64,000 nt of DNA from Candidatus Latescibacterota bacterium (GTDB lineage Bacteria > Latescibacterota > UBA2968 > UBA8231), in the NCBI GenBank assembly GCA_965203175.1, contig OZ241867.1, positions 5,888,001-5,952,000 of the forward strand, given 5' to 3'. Position 1 is the first letter of the stretch. Each line of letters starts with the position of its first letter. The translations under genes were made by a program, and so were the position numbers. Of the stretch, positions 7,555 to 17,145 are shown piece after piece. The notes beneath the pieces are model-generated. The model had not been told where the DNA came from. It did no database searches and saw nothing but the letters and a program-made list of their open reading frames with translations.

Positions 7555-10542
7555 TCAGCGAATCAACGCCAATTTGGCCGTTTGGACGGCACCTCCAGCT
7601 TGCAACACGGCCCAATAGACCCCGGAAGCCGCCTCTACACCCGCATCCGTGCGGCCATCCCAACGCACGCGGTGCGCACCAGCTTCCACCCAGCCATCCG
7701 CCAACATGCGAATCTGCTGTCCCATTAAATTATAGACGGAAATCCGCACGGGACCAGCGTCAGCGACGGTGAAAGGAATAGTAACTTCCGCGTTAAACGG
7801 CGTAGGGAAAGGATCGCCCAAACCATCCAGCAGCTTGGACAAAAGCCGCGTCCCCGCGGCGAGCTTGGCACTAAACGGCCTCCACAACGCCACATCCTTC
7901 AACTGCCAACGGACGAAGGCTGACGCGCGGTCTTGGTTGATGATATTGCGGAACTCGATGACGTTTTGCTCGGACTGAAGGTATGTCCCATCGAGGACGA
8001 GATACCAAGTCCGCCAATCCTCCTCCGCTATGAGCACTTCATACCTTTGTTCGTTGAGGAAAATGACGACCTCGTCGCCGCTTATTTCCTTAGTCGAAAA
8101 CTGACACAGGACATCGCGATTGATTCCCTCAAAACCGAATTTGACGCTTTTGGGATTTTTGCTAACCGCAGGCGGACTGTAACCGAAAATTCCACTGCTC
8201 GGCAGTGGCTCTATCCATTCACTGCCAATCTCCACTTGCGCAGACCCGGTGGCCCCATCGGCGGTAAAAACCCGCACCCCACCACTGCGGGCCAGAGACG
8301 GAACCCGGACGACGATGATGCCACTAGACCAGACCGCATAATCGTCAGCCGCCGCTTGCACATTAGGGTTAAACAACACGTACCCCGTGCCGCGCTCGTG
8401 GCCAAAGTTGCCGCCGATCAGCGTTAGGTTCTCTCCAACTTGTACTTGCGATGGCGAAAGTTGCGCCAGATACGGACTGGCGATTTCCATGCGGACGGCA
8501 TTGCTGGTCCCTTCAGCCGTCACAACGGTTACATCGCCCGAAGGCGCATTGCGCGGAACGCGAAACCGTATCGTCTGATCTGACCAAGTCTCAAATGAAG
8601 ACACGGCGACCGAATCAATCCACGCGGAACCGCTGTCCCGCGCTAGGCCGAAATTGTCTCCGTTAATTTGGATGAGGTCGTCGGTCTTGGCCCCCGCATC
8701 CATGCGCGTGTGATTGGTGATCGCCTCAATGTAAGGCGACGTGACGACCACCTGTGCGCTGTCGCTGCCGCCGCCAGTTATCACCCGCACCGCGCCGGTG
8801 CGAGCGCCGGTTGGTACGCGCACTTGAATCTGCGCGTCACTCCAAGCGAGATAGTCGGAATCACTCGGCTCCTTCCCCGCAAAAAAGACCACTTTACCCG
8901 TCCCTTTGTCAGTGCCAAAACCCTGGCCGACAATGGTAGTTGTTTGGCCGTATTGAACGCGACGCGGCGAGACATCCGCAATTTGCGGCGCTGAAACCGA
9001 CAGCACGAGTTTGCCGTATCCCGTGCTGTCGTCCTTGCCCGGCACCCCCACATCAACGGTGGCCTCGACGAGAGCCTTCCACAGATCGTCTCGCGAGAGC
9101 GAAGGATTGGCCGATTTGAGCAGGGCGGCTGCACCAGCCACGTGGGGAGCCGCAGCCGAGGTCCCCCCAAACAACTTATCTGCACCATAAGAAGCCGTTG
9201 TCACGCCCGAAGGCGCGACGAGGTCGGGCTTGATGCGGCCATCGGCAGTGGGGCCGCGCGAACTATAGCTTGCCACTATGCCCAAGTCCCATTGATCGCG
9301 ATGGATCGCCCCAACGCTCAACGCACCGCGAGCGTCCGACGGAATCCCCAAGCTGCTAGCCGGAATCGGATATTCGATGTCGTGGTGCCAAGACCACACT
9401 CGCAGCTTCTTGGGCTCGGCCTCGCCGACGCGGACGATGGAAATGCCATACGTGCCCGCTCTCCCAACGAAGTATTCTATAAACTCCACAGGAGCGCCGC
9501 CTTCGCCCTGAACATCAGTGCTTTTGCTAACTTCTTCGATATTGCCGAACGCGTCTTGATAGTAGAGATACAGGTCGTAGTCCGCAGCAGTGATGGGCCA
9601 ATCGTCCCAAGTCAGCGTCACGTTTATGACGTCGGCGATTCCGATTTCGTCGACAAAATTCACCATCTCGTCGCCAGCGGCAAAATCGTGCCGATTGTCG
9701 GCATCGCTATCGTGCCAAAAACCCATGTAGTGCTTTCGGGCGTAATTGCCGACGGCGTTGACCCAGAGAATGCCGTTGTCAGCCGCGTCATTTACGATGT
9801 CGCAGATGATCCCGCGCCCGTCCCCAAAGCCCTCGTTCACCCAAGTCGCCGAGTAGTTTACGATGGCAACTCCGTTTTGTATGCAGCGGTCTTTGGCATT
9901 CTCCAAATCCACTTCATCCGCAACCTTGTACAGATAGAGTTCAGCTTCTGGAGCCACGTCGTGGATGATCTCGGCACATGCCGTGCCGTGGGCGTCCACG
10001 CCGGCGTATATCCCCTCACCCGTATAATCGCGGTACCACCGACGCACCGGCATATCTTCGGGCAATTTATCGGCTCCCTTAAATCCGCCGTCGATAACCG
10101 CCACCTTGGCCCCTTGGCCTTTCGCGCCAGCGGCGTGGTTTTCGCGAGCGTGGATGAGCGCTAAACCCTCGCTATAGGTCTGTTGCGCGTGCGGACGGCG
10201 TGGCCTGCGGACAAAGGCCACACTAGGCAACTCAGACACCGCCCGCAGCGATGCAGCCGGTACGGACACGCGCATCAGGCTTTTGGACCGGGCCAAGATC
10301 TCGACGCCAAGGGTGGCTAACGCCGTAGTGTCAATGGTGACCGCCGTGCCCGCTGCGGGCACCAAAATGACGACCACATCTGAGCCAGCTCTGGCGCGAG
10401 TCGGCTTGGCCGCCGAGGGCGCAGCCAAGTCCCACAGCGCGCTTTCTATATTGGGAGGGCCGACGGGTTTAGCCGGCGCAACGTCGAGATCTTGTCCCCA
10501 CAGGGGTACCGCAAAAAGGAGGAAAAGTAAGGTATGGCGCAC
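7555..10542 (-). CDS. Secreted S8 subtilisin-like protease with IPT/TIG repeats and C-terminal FlgD-Ig (T9SS-like sorting) domain
   Basis: Signal peptide; catalytic triad motifs VIDGG, HGTACA, GTSAAAPHVAG; three G.NFG/WSD..I.V.VP repeats; tail P.PFN...VYNLMGQ...WDG......ASGVY. Confidence 0.88.
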   Translation of the reverse strand: MRHTLLFLLFAVPLWGQDLDVAPAKPVGPPNIESALWDLAAPSAAKPTRARAGSDVVVILVPAAGTAVTIDTTALATLGVEILARSKSLMRVSVPAASLRAVSELPSVAFVRRPRRPHAQQTYSEGLALIHARENHAAGAKGQGAKVAVIDGGFKGADKLPEDMPVRRWYRDYTGEGIYAGVDAHGTACAEIIHDVAPEAELYLYKVADEVDLENAKDRCIQNGVAIVNYSATWVNEGFGDGRGIICDIVNDAADNGILWVNAVGNYARKHYMGFWHDSDADNRHDFAAGDEMVNFVDEIGIADVINVTLTWDDWPITAADYDLYLYYQDAFGNIEEVSKSTDVQGEGGAPVEFIEYFVGRAGTYGISIVRVGEAEPKKLRVWSWHHDIEYPIPASSLGIPSDARGALSVGAIHRDQWDLGIVASYSSRGPTADGRIKPDLVAPSGVTTASYGADKLFGGTSAAAPHVAGAAALLKSANPSLSRDDLWKALVEATVDVGVPGKDDSTGYGKLVLSVSAPQIADVSPRRVQYGQTTTIVGQGFGTDKGTGKVVFFAGKEPSDSDYLAWSDAQIQVRVPTGARTGAVRVITGGGSDSAQVVVTSPYIEAITNHTRMDAGAKTDDLIQINGDNFGLARDSGSAWIDSVAVSSFETWSDQTIRFRVPRNAPSGDVTVVTAEGTSNAVRMEIASPYLAQLSPSQVQVGENLTLIGGNFGHERGTGYVLFNPNVQAAADDYAVWSSGIIVVRVPSLARSGGVRVFTADGATGSAQVEIGSEWIEPLPSSGIFGYSPPAVSKNPKSVKFGFEGINRDVLCQFSTKEISGDEVVIFLNEQRYEVLIAEEDWRTWYLVLDGTYLQSEQNVIEFRNIINQDRASAFVRWQLKDVALWRPFSAKLAAGTRLLSKLLDGLGDPFPTPFNAEVTIPFTVADAGPVRISVYNLMGQQIRMLADGWVEAGAHRVRWDGRTDAGVEAASGVYWAVLQAGGAVQTAKLALIR

Positions 10543-10552
10543 GGCGTCAGGG

Positions 10553-11500
10553 TCAGCGAGCTTTGTACGATTCGCGTGTGCCCTGCATTCCTAGCTCTTT
10601 GGTGCGCGACAAAAGTGCGAGTTGCTCGTCGGCGGCCAAGGGCGCGAACTGGCGGGCGATGTCCGCATTCTGCCGCAACTTTTCCAGCGAATCCATCCCG
10701 GAACACACGGTAGCTACCGGCAGGCTCATGGCGTAGCGCAGGCACTCTGTCACCGTCGCCACACCTGTTGCGAGGATCGCTTCGGGCCTACCCCCCAAGG
10801 TCTTCATGGCGATGACCCCGATATTTTTTTCCACTGCGAGCGGCAGCACCTGCTCGACAAAACTGAGGTAGTGCGGGTCGAACACATTGATCGGCATTTG
10901 CGTGGCGTCCCAAGCAAAGCCGCGCTCGATCATCTCCACGTGCAGAGAGGGCAAGGTATGGCCAGTGAAGCCAATGTAGCGGATCTTGCCCTCCTCTTTG
11001 GCTTTGAGTACAGCCTCTAGCAGGCCCTGTTCATAAATCCGCTCTGGGTCGTCGGATAATTTGATATTGTGAAACTGCCACAAATCGATCACGTCGGTTT
11101 GCAGTCGGCGCAAGCTCTCTTCGAGGTGGGCAATCGCCCGCTTGGGGTGGCGGCTCGCGTCCTTAGTCATTAGAAATACTCGATCGCGATAACCACCGCT
11201 CAACACCTTGCCCATGCGTATCTCGCTCGCGCCGTTGGAATAGCCCCAAGCATTGTCGAAAAAGTTAATTCCCTCGTCGATGGCCGCGTGCATCAAGGCG
11301 ATGGCCGTTTTCTCCTCCATGTTGCCGTGGTAGGCCATGTGCGCACCGCCCAAGCCGAGTAGAGAAACGGATTCGCCAGTGCGACCCAAGATCCGGTGGG
11401 GCAGGTCGCGGTGGTTCGGAGCGGCACTTATGGAAAGGCCGGCGGCGGCCGCGGTCGAGAGCCTGAGAAAGGTGCGGCGGGAGTAAGGTCTATCGTCCAT
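10553..11500 (-). CDS. Aldo/keto reductase with twin-arginine leader
   Basis: SRRTFLR leader; GINFFDNAWGY, SLRRLQTDVIDLWQFH, GKIRYIG. Confidence 0.88.
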   Translation of the reverse strand: MDDRPYSRRTFLRLSTAAAAGLSISAAPNHRDLPHRILGRTGESVSLLGLGGAHMAYHGNMEEKTAIALMHAAIDEGINFFDNAWGYSNGASEIRMGKVLSGGYRDRVFLMTKDASRHPKRAIAHLEESLRRLQTDVIDLWQFHNIKLSDDPERIYEQGLLEAVLKAKEEGKIRYIGFTGHTLPSLHVEMIERGFAWDATQMPINVFDPHYLSFVEQVLPLAVEKNIGVIAMKTLGGRPEAILATGVATVTECLRYAMSLPVATVCSGMDSLEKLRQNADIARQFAPLAADEQLALLSRTKELGMQGTRESYKAR

Positions 11501-12278
11501 TGAACATAGTCTCCAGTAGATTGTCTCCAGTAATCAACTGCAGCGCCGTCGCCAGCAACATCCCATACACTACCCGATTAAACCACACGTCGCTAAATCG
11601 CTGGAGCAAAAACACACCCAACTTTACCCCGGCGTACGCCAGCGGCGCCAATAGCAAAGTCGTCTTAAAAATGTCGGCGTGAAAAAGCCCCAAGCCCCAA
11701 TAGGGCGGCAGTTTGAGCAAGTTGAGCATGGCAAAGAAGATGACCGTGGTGCCGACGAACACGTGGCGCGGTAGCTGCTGTGGCAGTAGATAGATGACCA
11801 CCGGCGGTGCTCCGGCGTGGGCAATCGTCGAGGTAAAGCCCGAGGTCGCGCCCATCAGCACGCCGGCGAGCGTTCCCGGACGCTGCTTCCGCACGGCCCC
11901 GACAATCGCCGCCCGCCCGAACTGGAAAGCGACAAACAGCAAGGCCAAACAGCCCAAGCCCATCTCTAGAACGCGCTCGTGCTGACTGAAGTACCCGAAA
12001 AAAAAGGCTCCCACGCCGATCCCCAAGGCGGAACCGGGCAGGAGCCGTTTGACACTCGTTTTGTCGAAGGTGCGGCGGTAGTGCCGGACGGCGAATACGT
12101 CGCAGGCGATCAACAGCGGCAACAACAGGGCCACCGCGTCCGCCACCGAAACCGTCAATGCCAAAAGCGGGGTGGCCAAAATGCCGATCCCACCGCCAAA
12201 ACCAGCCTTGGCCACCCCCATCAATAACACTGCACCCACCGCACAGACCCAGAAGGCGGCCGGGTAGGTCGGCAGCAC
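11490..12278 (-). CDS. TauE/SafE family sulfite exporter
   Basis: MGVAKAGFGGG, LLPLLIACD, SGFTSTIAHAGAPP. GTG start overlaps the upstream stop codon. Confidence 0.85.
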   Translation of the reverse strand: MLPTYPAAFWVCAVGAVLLMGVAKAGFGGGIGILATPLLALTVSVADAVALLLPLLIACDVFAVRHYRRTFDKTSVKRLLPGSALGIGVGAFFFGYFSQHERVLEMGLGCLALLFVAFQFGRAAIVGAVRKQRPGTLAGVLMGATSGFTSTIAHAGAPPVVIYLLPQQLPRHVFVGTTVIFFAMLNLLKLPPYWGLGLFHADIFKTTLLLAPLAYAGVKLGVFLLQRFSDVWFNRVVYGMLLATALQLITGDNLLETMFNGR

Positions 12279-13054
12279 TACTCGCCTTCTACGTGGGTTA
12301 CTTCGATATCTAGGTCTTCGCGATTGCGCACGTGATCGACTTGGCCGTCCTTGACCCACACCACGCGGTCGGAGACGCTGAGCATCTTGTGGTCATGGGT
12401 CGCCGAGATGACGGTCACACCGGAATTCTCGTTCATCTCTTTGAGCAATTCGATGATTTCAGTGCCAGTGCGCAGGTCCAGATTCCCCGTCGGCTCATCG
12501 GCGAGGACGACGGCCGGGTCGTTGGCCAAGGCGCGGGCGACGGCCACGCGCTGCTGCTGGCCACCCGAAAGCTCGTTGGGCTTGTGCGAGTGCCGCTCGC
12601 CAAGGCCCACCTTGCCCAAAAGCTCCATCCCCTTGTCGCGGGCCTCGTCGCTGGTCAAGCCGGCGAAGACCATCGGCAAGGTGACGTTTTCGAGCGCGGT
12701 CATTACCGGGATCAAGTTGAACGACTGGAAGATGTAGCCGATCTTGCGGCAGCGCAGCCAAGCCAACTCATACGCGTCGAGCTGGGCGACGTCCACCTCG
12801 TCGATGTACACCTTGCCCTCCGAGGGCTTGTCGAGGCCGCCGACCATGTTGAAGAAGGTGCTCTTGCCCGAGCCCGAAGGCCCCATGATCGACAGGTACT
12901 CGCCGGTGTAGATCTCCATGTCCACTCCGCGTAGGGCGTGAACTTCAATCTCGCCCATCAAGTAAATTTTCTTTACCTGCTGGGTCCGTACTACAGTGCG
13001 TTTTTCCGCTTCTTCTTCTTGGACAGCGACCTCGCCCGGAGCGGTTTCGGTCAT
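12278..13054 (-). CDS. ABC transporter ATP-binding protein (LolD/MacB family)
   Basis: GPSGSGKST, LSGGQQQRVA, LADEPTGNLD, ATHD. Confidence 0.93.
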   Translation of the reverse strand: MTETAPGEVAVQEEEAEKRTVVRTQQVKKIYLMGEIEVHALRGVDMEIYTGEYLSIMGPSGSGKSTFFNMVGGLDKPSEGKVYIDEVDVAQLDAYELAWLRCRKIGYIFQSFNLIPVMTALENVTLPMVFAGLTSDEARDKGMELLGKVGLGERHSHKPNELSGGQQQRVAVARALANDPAVVLADEPTGNLDLRTGTEIIELLKEMNENSGVTVISATHDHKMLSVSDRVVWVKDGQVDHVRNREDLDIEVTHVEGE

Positions 13055-13074
13055 TTCAGATCTCCTCTAAGGAA

Positions 13075-13776
13075 TCAAGTGTCGGAACGCATGGCCTCGA
13101 CCGGCTCCATCTTGGCCGCGCGGTACGCCGGCAACATAGCACCGACCAGCGAAAGCAGGGTCCCCACCACCAAGGCGTAGCCAGCCGATTCGGCGATGCC
13201 GACCAGTGGGAAATAGGTGAATGTGTAGCCGCCGTAATCGAGCAGAGCCAACCCCAGCGTCAGCGCGAAGCCAATGAGGATTCCCGCCGAAGTCCCCGCC
13301 AACCCCTGAAAAGTCGATTCGAGCAGGAAGAGCTTGACGATAAAGGTGTCCAAGGCCCCGAGGCACTTCATGGTGCCGATTTCGCGGAATCGCTCGGTCA
13401 CCGACATCAACATGGCGTTGGCAATGCCGACGACGCAGACTAAGAGCGAGAGACTGATGAGCCAAGTCTGCTTGGATCGCTCTTCCTGTAGGCGACCTGC
13501 AGCCTCCGCTGAAGCATCGCCGTCCTCGGTGATGCCGGTCTCAATGCCGTTTTTTTGCAACAGCAAGTTGATCTCGCTTTTGTCCGCGTTCCGCAGGCTG
13601 CTGACAATTTCGTTGTTGCTCCACACCGACATTAAAAAGGCGATGGCCAGAATCACACCGCTGGTGGTGATCAGCGAGCGGCCAAAGCGAATTTTCAGGC
13701 TGCGAAAACTAATTTCCACTGCTTTGCTCATCGGCAGCACGATCTCCCGACCGCCTGCCAAACGCCTTTCAGACAT
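13075..13776 (-). CDS. FtsX/MacB-like ABC permease, short
   Basis: GIANAMLMSVTERFREIGTMKCLGA; LPAYRAAKMEPVEAMR. Confidence 0.88.
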   Translation of the reverse strand: MSERRLAGGREIVLPMSKAVEISFRSLKIRFGRSLITTSGVILAIAFLMSVWSNNEIVSSLRNADKSEINLLLQKNGIETGITEDGDASAEAAGRLQEERSKQTWLISLSLLVCVVGIANAMLMSVTERFREIGTMKCLGALDTFIVKLFLLESTFQGLAGTSAGILIGFALTLGLALLDYGGYTFTYFPLVGIAESAGYALVVGTLLSLVGAMLPAYRAAKMEPVEAMRSDT

Positions 13777-13845
13777 AGTTATTCTCCCAGCATATGCTCG
13801 CGTTCACAATACGTAAATAAAGGCAAAAAATCAACACCTCTCGAC

Positions 13846-15519
13846 TCAACCGCCCGCTCTAATTTCCACAAGGGGCAGGGGCGCAGAGTCGTGTGTGCCG
13901 CGATCGGCAACCATCTCGGCAAACGCGATCGGCACCATGCTAACGCGCAAATCCCGCGACTGCACCGGCCGCTCCAAGAACGACGCCATAGCGCTCGGAG
14001 TGAACACGAGGTGATCGATGGCAAAGTCGCGCACCAACTCTTCCAGCTCGCCGACGTGGCCGACCAGCGGACGACCGGCCAGCGGACGACCGCGCTGCTG
14101 GAGAGCCTCTCCCACCACGCCGATCAGATTGCAGTGGGCCATACCTGCCCGCTCTAGCTGTTCGATAAAATCCACTGCAACCGCATCGGTTCCCACTAGC
14201 AAGGTGCGCAACCGGCCCTCGCGGCCGCGCTGGTGCAAAAACCAACGCGCGACGAAGCGCCAACCGGCAATTAACACCGCGTTGCAAAACCACGCCGCGA
14301 CCGCGGCCAGCCGCGAGAAGTTGTATGCCTTAAAGAAGAAAACCAGCATCACGATGAAGGCAAATCCCAGCGTCACCCCCACTACCGACCACGCCACTGA
14401 ATAGCGGCGGCGGTCGTACAGACCCGACATGTAAAACGCCAACAGCCAGACCAAAGTCGAAGCGCCGTACACAGCAGCCCATTGCAAATCCGAGTACGGA
14501 GGCGGCACCAGCCAGCGCGTTGGCTGAGCGGCGAGGCCGAGGAGACTGCCAGCCTGCTCAATGCGGTAGATGAAGGGCACCAGTTCTTGGTGGTAGCGCA
14601 CCGCTAAACCCAGCTTTAGGCCGCAGAGTACCAAACCAGCGTCGATCAGAGGCATGGCCAAGGCGCGGCCCGCCCGGGCGAGGAAGCGGAACATCCCGTG
14701 CAGGGCAATGCCCACTTGCAAGAGCCACAGCGGGAAGAAGCGGTAGCGCCGCGCCATGTGCTTGTTGACAAAAATCGACATGGCCTGGCTCTTGCGGTAG
14801 AGAATTTTCAGGGGCGTCCCCCGGCCGCTCTCGCCGCGAAAGTGAATGATCGCGGTCGTCGGCACGTAGTAGATCTTCCAGCCGGCTTGGTGGAAGCGAT
14901 AGCACCAGTCGATGTCCTCGCCGTACATGAAGTAGTCCTCGTCGAGTAGGCCGACTTGGTCCATAGCCGCCTTTCTCACCATCATGCAGGAACCGGACAG
15001 CACCTCGACCTCGGCCGTCTGTTCGGAGTCGAGATACGTCATATGGTAGTGGGCAATGAGCGGGTGTTTGGGAAAGAGGCGGCTCAGGCCCGACATTTTG
15101 CAGAAGGCAGCCAACGGCGTGGGAAAGCCGCGGCGGCTGTCGAGTTGCAAGGTGCCGTCCGGGTCGAGGATTTTGCACCCGCAGGCTCCGGCTTCAGGGT
15201 GCGCGTCTAAGAACTCTACCATTGTGCGCAGCGCATCTCGGCGCACAATGGTATCGGTGTTGATCAGCAGCGCATATTCTCCAGTCACCTGCCGCAGGGC
15301 CACGTTATTGCCGGCCGCAAAACCCACATTGGCCGCGTTGCAGATCAGCTTCACTTGCGGAAACTCCTCGGCTATCATGTCGGCGCTGCCGTCTGCCGAG
15401 GCATTGTCAACGACGAATATCTCCACCTCTAGTCCCTCGACTGCTGCGAGCACAGAACTCAGGGCTTGGCGAGTCAGATCGCGGGTATTGTAGCTGAGGA
15501 AGACGACGCTCAGTCGCAC
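13846..15519 (-). CDS. GT2 glycosyltransferase fused to a membrane plus CoA-binding-like domain
   Basis: VVDNASADG, GFAAGNN, NTD, FMYGEDIDWC. TM helices and a TLLVG Rossmann-like tail resemble sugar-transferase N-termini. Confidence 0.85.
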   Translation of the reverse strand: MRLSVVFLSYNTRDLTRQALSSVLAAVEGLEVEIFVVDNASADGSADMIAEEFPQVKLICNAANVGFAAGNNVALRQVTGEYALLINTDTIVRRDALRTMVEFLDAHPEAGACGCKILDPDGTLQLDSRRGFPTPLAAFCKMSGLSRLFPKHPLIAHYHMTYLDSEQTAEVEVLSGSCMMVRKAAMDQVGLLDEDYFMYGEDIDWCYRFHQAGWKIYYVPTTAIIHFRGESGRGTPLKILYRKSQAMSIFVNKHMARRYRFFPLWLLQVGIALHGMFRFLARAGRALAMPLIDAGLVLCGLKLGLAVRYHQELVPFIYRIEQAGSLLGLAAQPTRWLVPPPYSDLQWAAVYGASTLVWLLAFYMSGLYDRRRYSVAWSVVGVTLGFAFIVMLVFFFKAYNFSRLAAVAAWFCNAVLIAGWRFVARWFLHQRGREGRLRTLLVGTDAVAVDFIEQLERAGMAHCNLIGVVGEALQQRGRPLAGRPLVGHVGELEELVRDFAIDHLVFTPSAMASFLERPVQSRDLRVSMVPIAFAEMVADRGTHDSAPLPLVEIRAGG

Positions 15520-16235
15520 GATCTAGCCCCTCGGTGGCGGCCCATGAGCTTGTAGCCGCTGAAGTAGAGTATCTGTTTGGCAAAGAGCAGATGCTCGCGC
15601 AGGTCCAGCTTGCTGGCGCTGAACTGGCGGTTGCGGAAGACAAAAGGCACCGAGCGATGCTGCCGATAGCGGCCCTTGACCAAAATTTCGAGCAAAATTT
15701 TGTAGCCCGAAGACGTGAGTACTAGATCCTGTATCACTTGGCGGCGCAGACAGAAGTAACCCGATAGCGGGTCCTCGGCTCCGGTCAATAGGCGGGCCGC
15801 GCCCACGCCTATTCGCGAAATCAGCTTGCGGTGCCACGCCCACCGTTCGACTCGGCTAGTTTCCCCGAAGCGGCTGCCCATGGCAATATCGCATTCGCGC
15901 AGGCTGTGGACGAGCTCGGGCAGGATCGCCGGGTCGTGGCTCAAGTCGGCGTCTATCACTCCGAGGTATGGCCGCGCCGACTGCGCGAAACCAGCCATCA
16001 CTGCCGACCCCAAACCGAGCTTGCCCGGCCGATGTATTACCTGCACGGGATAGCGGGCCTTCAGCGACTCGGCCACTTCGCCGGTGCCGTCGGGCGAGTT
16101 GTCATCTACCACGATGAGCTCCAAGTCGATATCTGGCTCTCGGCCGACGATCGCGAAGATTTCTTCCGCCAAAAGCGGCAGATTTTCCCGCTCGTTGTAC
16201 GTGGGCGTCACCAGCGAGATCTGCACGGGTTCCAT
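15510..16235 (-). CDS. Polyprenol-phosphate mannose synthase-like GT2
   Basis: PTYNERENL, VDDNSPDGTG, KLGLGSA, DADLSHDP, DPLSGYF. Confidence 0.88.
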   Translation of the reverse strand: MEPVQISLVTPTYNERENLPLLAEEIFAIVGREPDIDLELIVVDDNSPDGTGEVAESLKARYPVQVIHRPGKLGLGSAVMAGFAQSARPYLGVIDADLSHDPAILPELVHSLRECDIAMGSRFGETSRVERWAWHRKLISRIGVGAARLLTGAEDPLSGYFCLRRQVIQDLVLTSSGYKILLEILVKGRYRQHRSVPFVFRNRQFSASKLDLREHLLFAKQILYFSGYKLMGRHRGARSCD

Positions 16236-16245
16236 GAGGAGTACG

Positions 16246-17145
16246 CTAGCGGGCAAATTGGGGAAAGTCTCGGCGAAAATGCGGGTCCGCAGCGAGGCAT
16301 TGAAGCCCCTCGGCAAAGCTCAGGGGCCGGCGGCCGAGCGCGGCTTCCAGCGCATCGGTGCGCAAACCGGAGCGCAGGGGACGCGCGGCTGGCAGCCCGG
16401 CTGCGCGGGTCGGCACGGGTTCGATCAACGCGCCGTCAATGCCGAAAAAACAAGCCAGTTCCCGCGCCATCTCCCAGCGCGTCATAAAGGTCGCACCGCC
16501 TACGTGCAACAAGCCTCGCGCCTCTTGGCCGCACAGGGCCACCAAGGCTCGGGCCAAATCGCGGATATAGGTTGGGTTGCCCCGCTGATCGGCAAAGACC
16601 CGCAGGGGCTGGCCACTAGACAGCGACTGCAGCACCCAAGTGAGGAAGTTGGACCCGGCCTGTGGGACATAGCCGTACAGCCACAGGGTCCGCACGACTA
16701 GCACGCGCTCCATTTTCTTTAATATGCCCTCGCTTTCGAGCTTGAGTTGGCCGTAGCAAGACAGCGGATGGGTCGCATCCCCTTCGCCGTAAGGACCGCG
16801 CTTGCCGTCGAAGACGTAATCTGTGGAAATATGGACCAAGCCAGCGCCGGTTGCGCCGCAGACCGCAGCCAAGTTCTCGGGAATATCGACATTGGCTTGC
16901 CGAGCGGGACGCGCGGCCTTTTCGCAGCCATCGACATCGGTCATAGCCGCGGCGTTGATCACCCAATCTGGAGCCAGTTCGGCGACGAGTGCAGTCACGG
17001 CCTTGCGGTCGGCTAGATCGACCTGGCGGTAGGGAATGCCCTCGGCGGAGGACCGACGGCCGCAGCCCATCCACTCGGCTTCCCCTTCCAAGGAAAGCAG
17101 AGTACGGCCCAAAAAGCCGGTGGCACCTGTCACCAAAATTCTCAT
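16246..17145 (-). CDS. rfbD: dTDP-4-dehydrorhamnose reductase family SDR
   Basis: GATGFLG, AAMTDVDGCE, STDYVFDG, YGQLK, DQRGNPT. Confidence 0.85.
   Translation of the reverse strand: MRILVTGATGFLGRTLLSLEGEAEWMGCGRRSSAEGIPYRQVDLADRKAVTALVAELAPDWVINAAAMTDVDGCEKAARPARQANVDIPENLAAVCGATGAGLVHISTDYVFDGKRGPYGEGDATHPLSCYGQLKLESEGILKKMERVLVVRTLWLYGYVPQAGSNFLTWVLQSLSSGQPLRVFADQRGNPTYIRDLARALVALCGQEARGLLHVGGATFMTRWEMARELACFFGIDGALIEPVPTRAAGLPAARPLRSGLRTDALEAALGRRPLSFAEGLQCLAADPHFRRDFPQFAR

Noticed and set aside
9142-10164. Long + strand ORF of 340 aa, and similar ones such as 5366-6193, 40465-41457, 45358-46257 and 52477-53541
   Set aside because: Antisense shadows of well-supported genes in GC-rich DNA, with no motifs.
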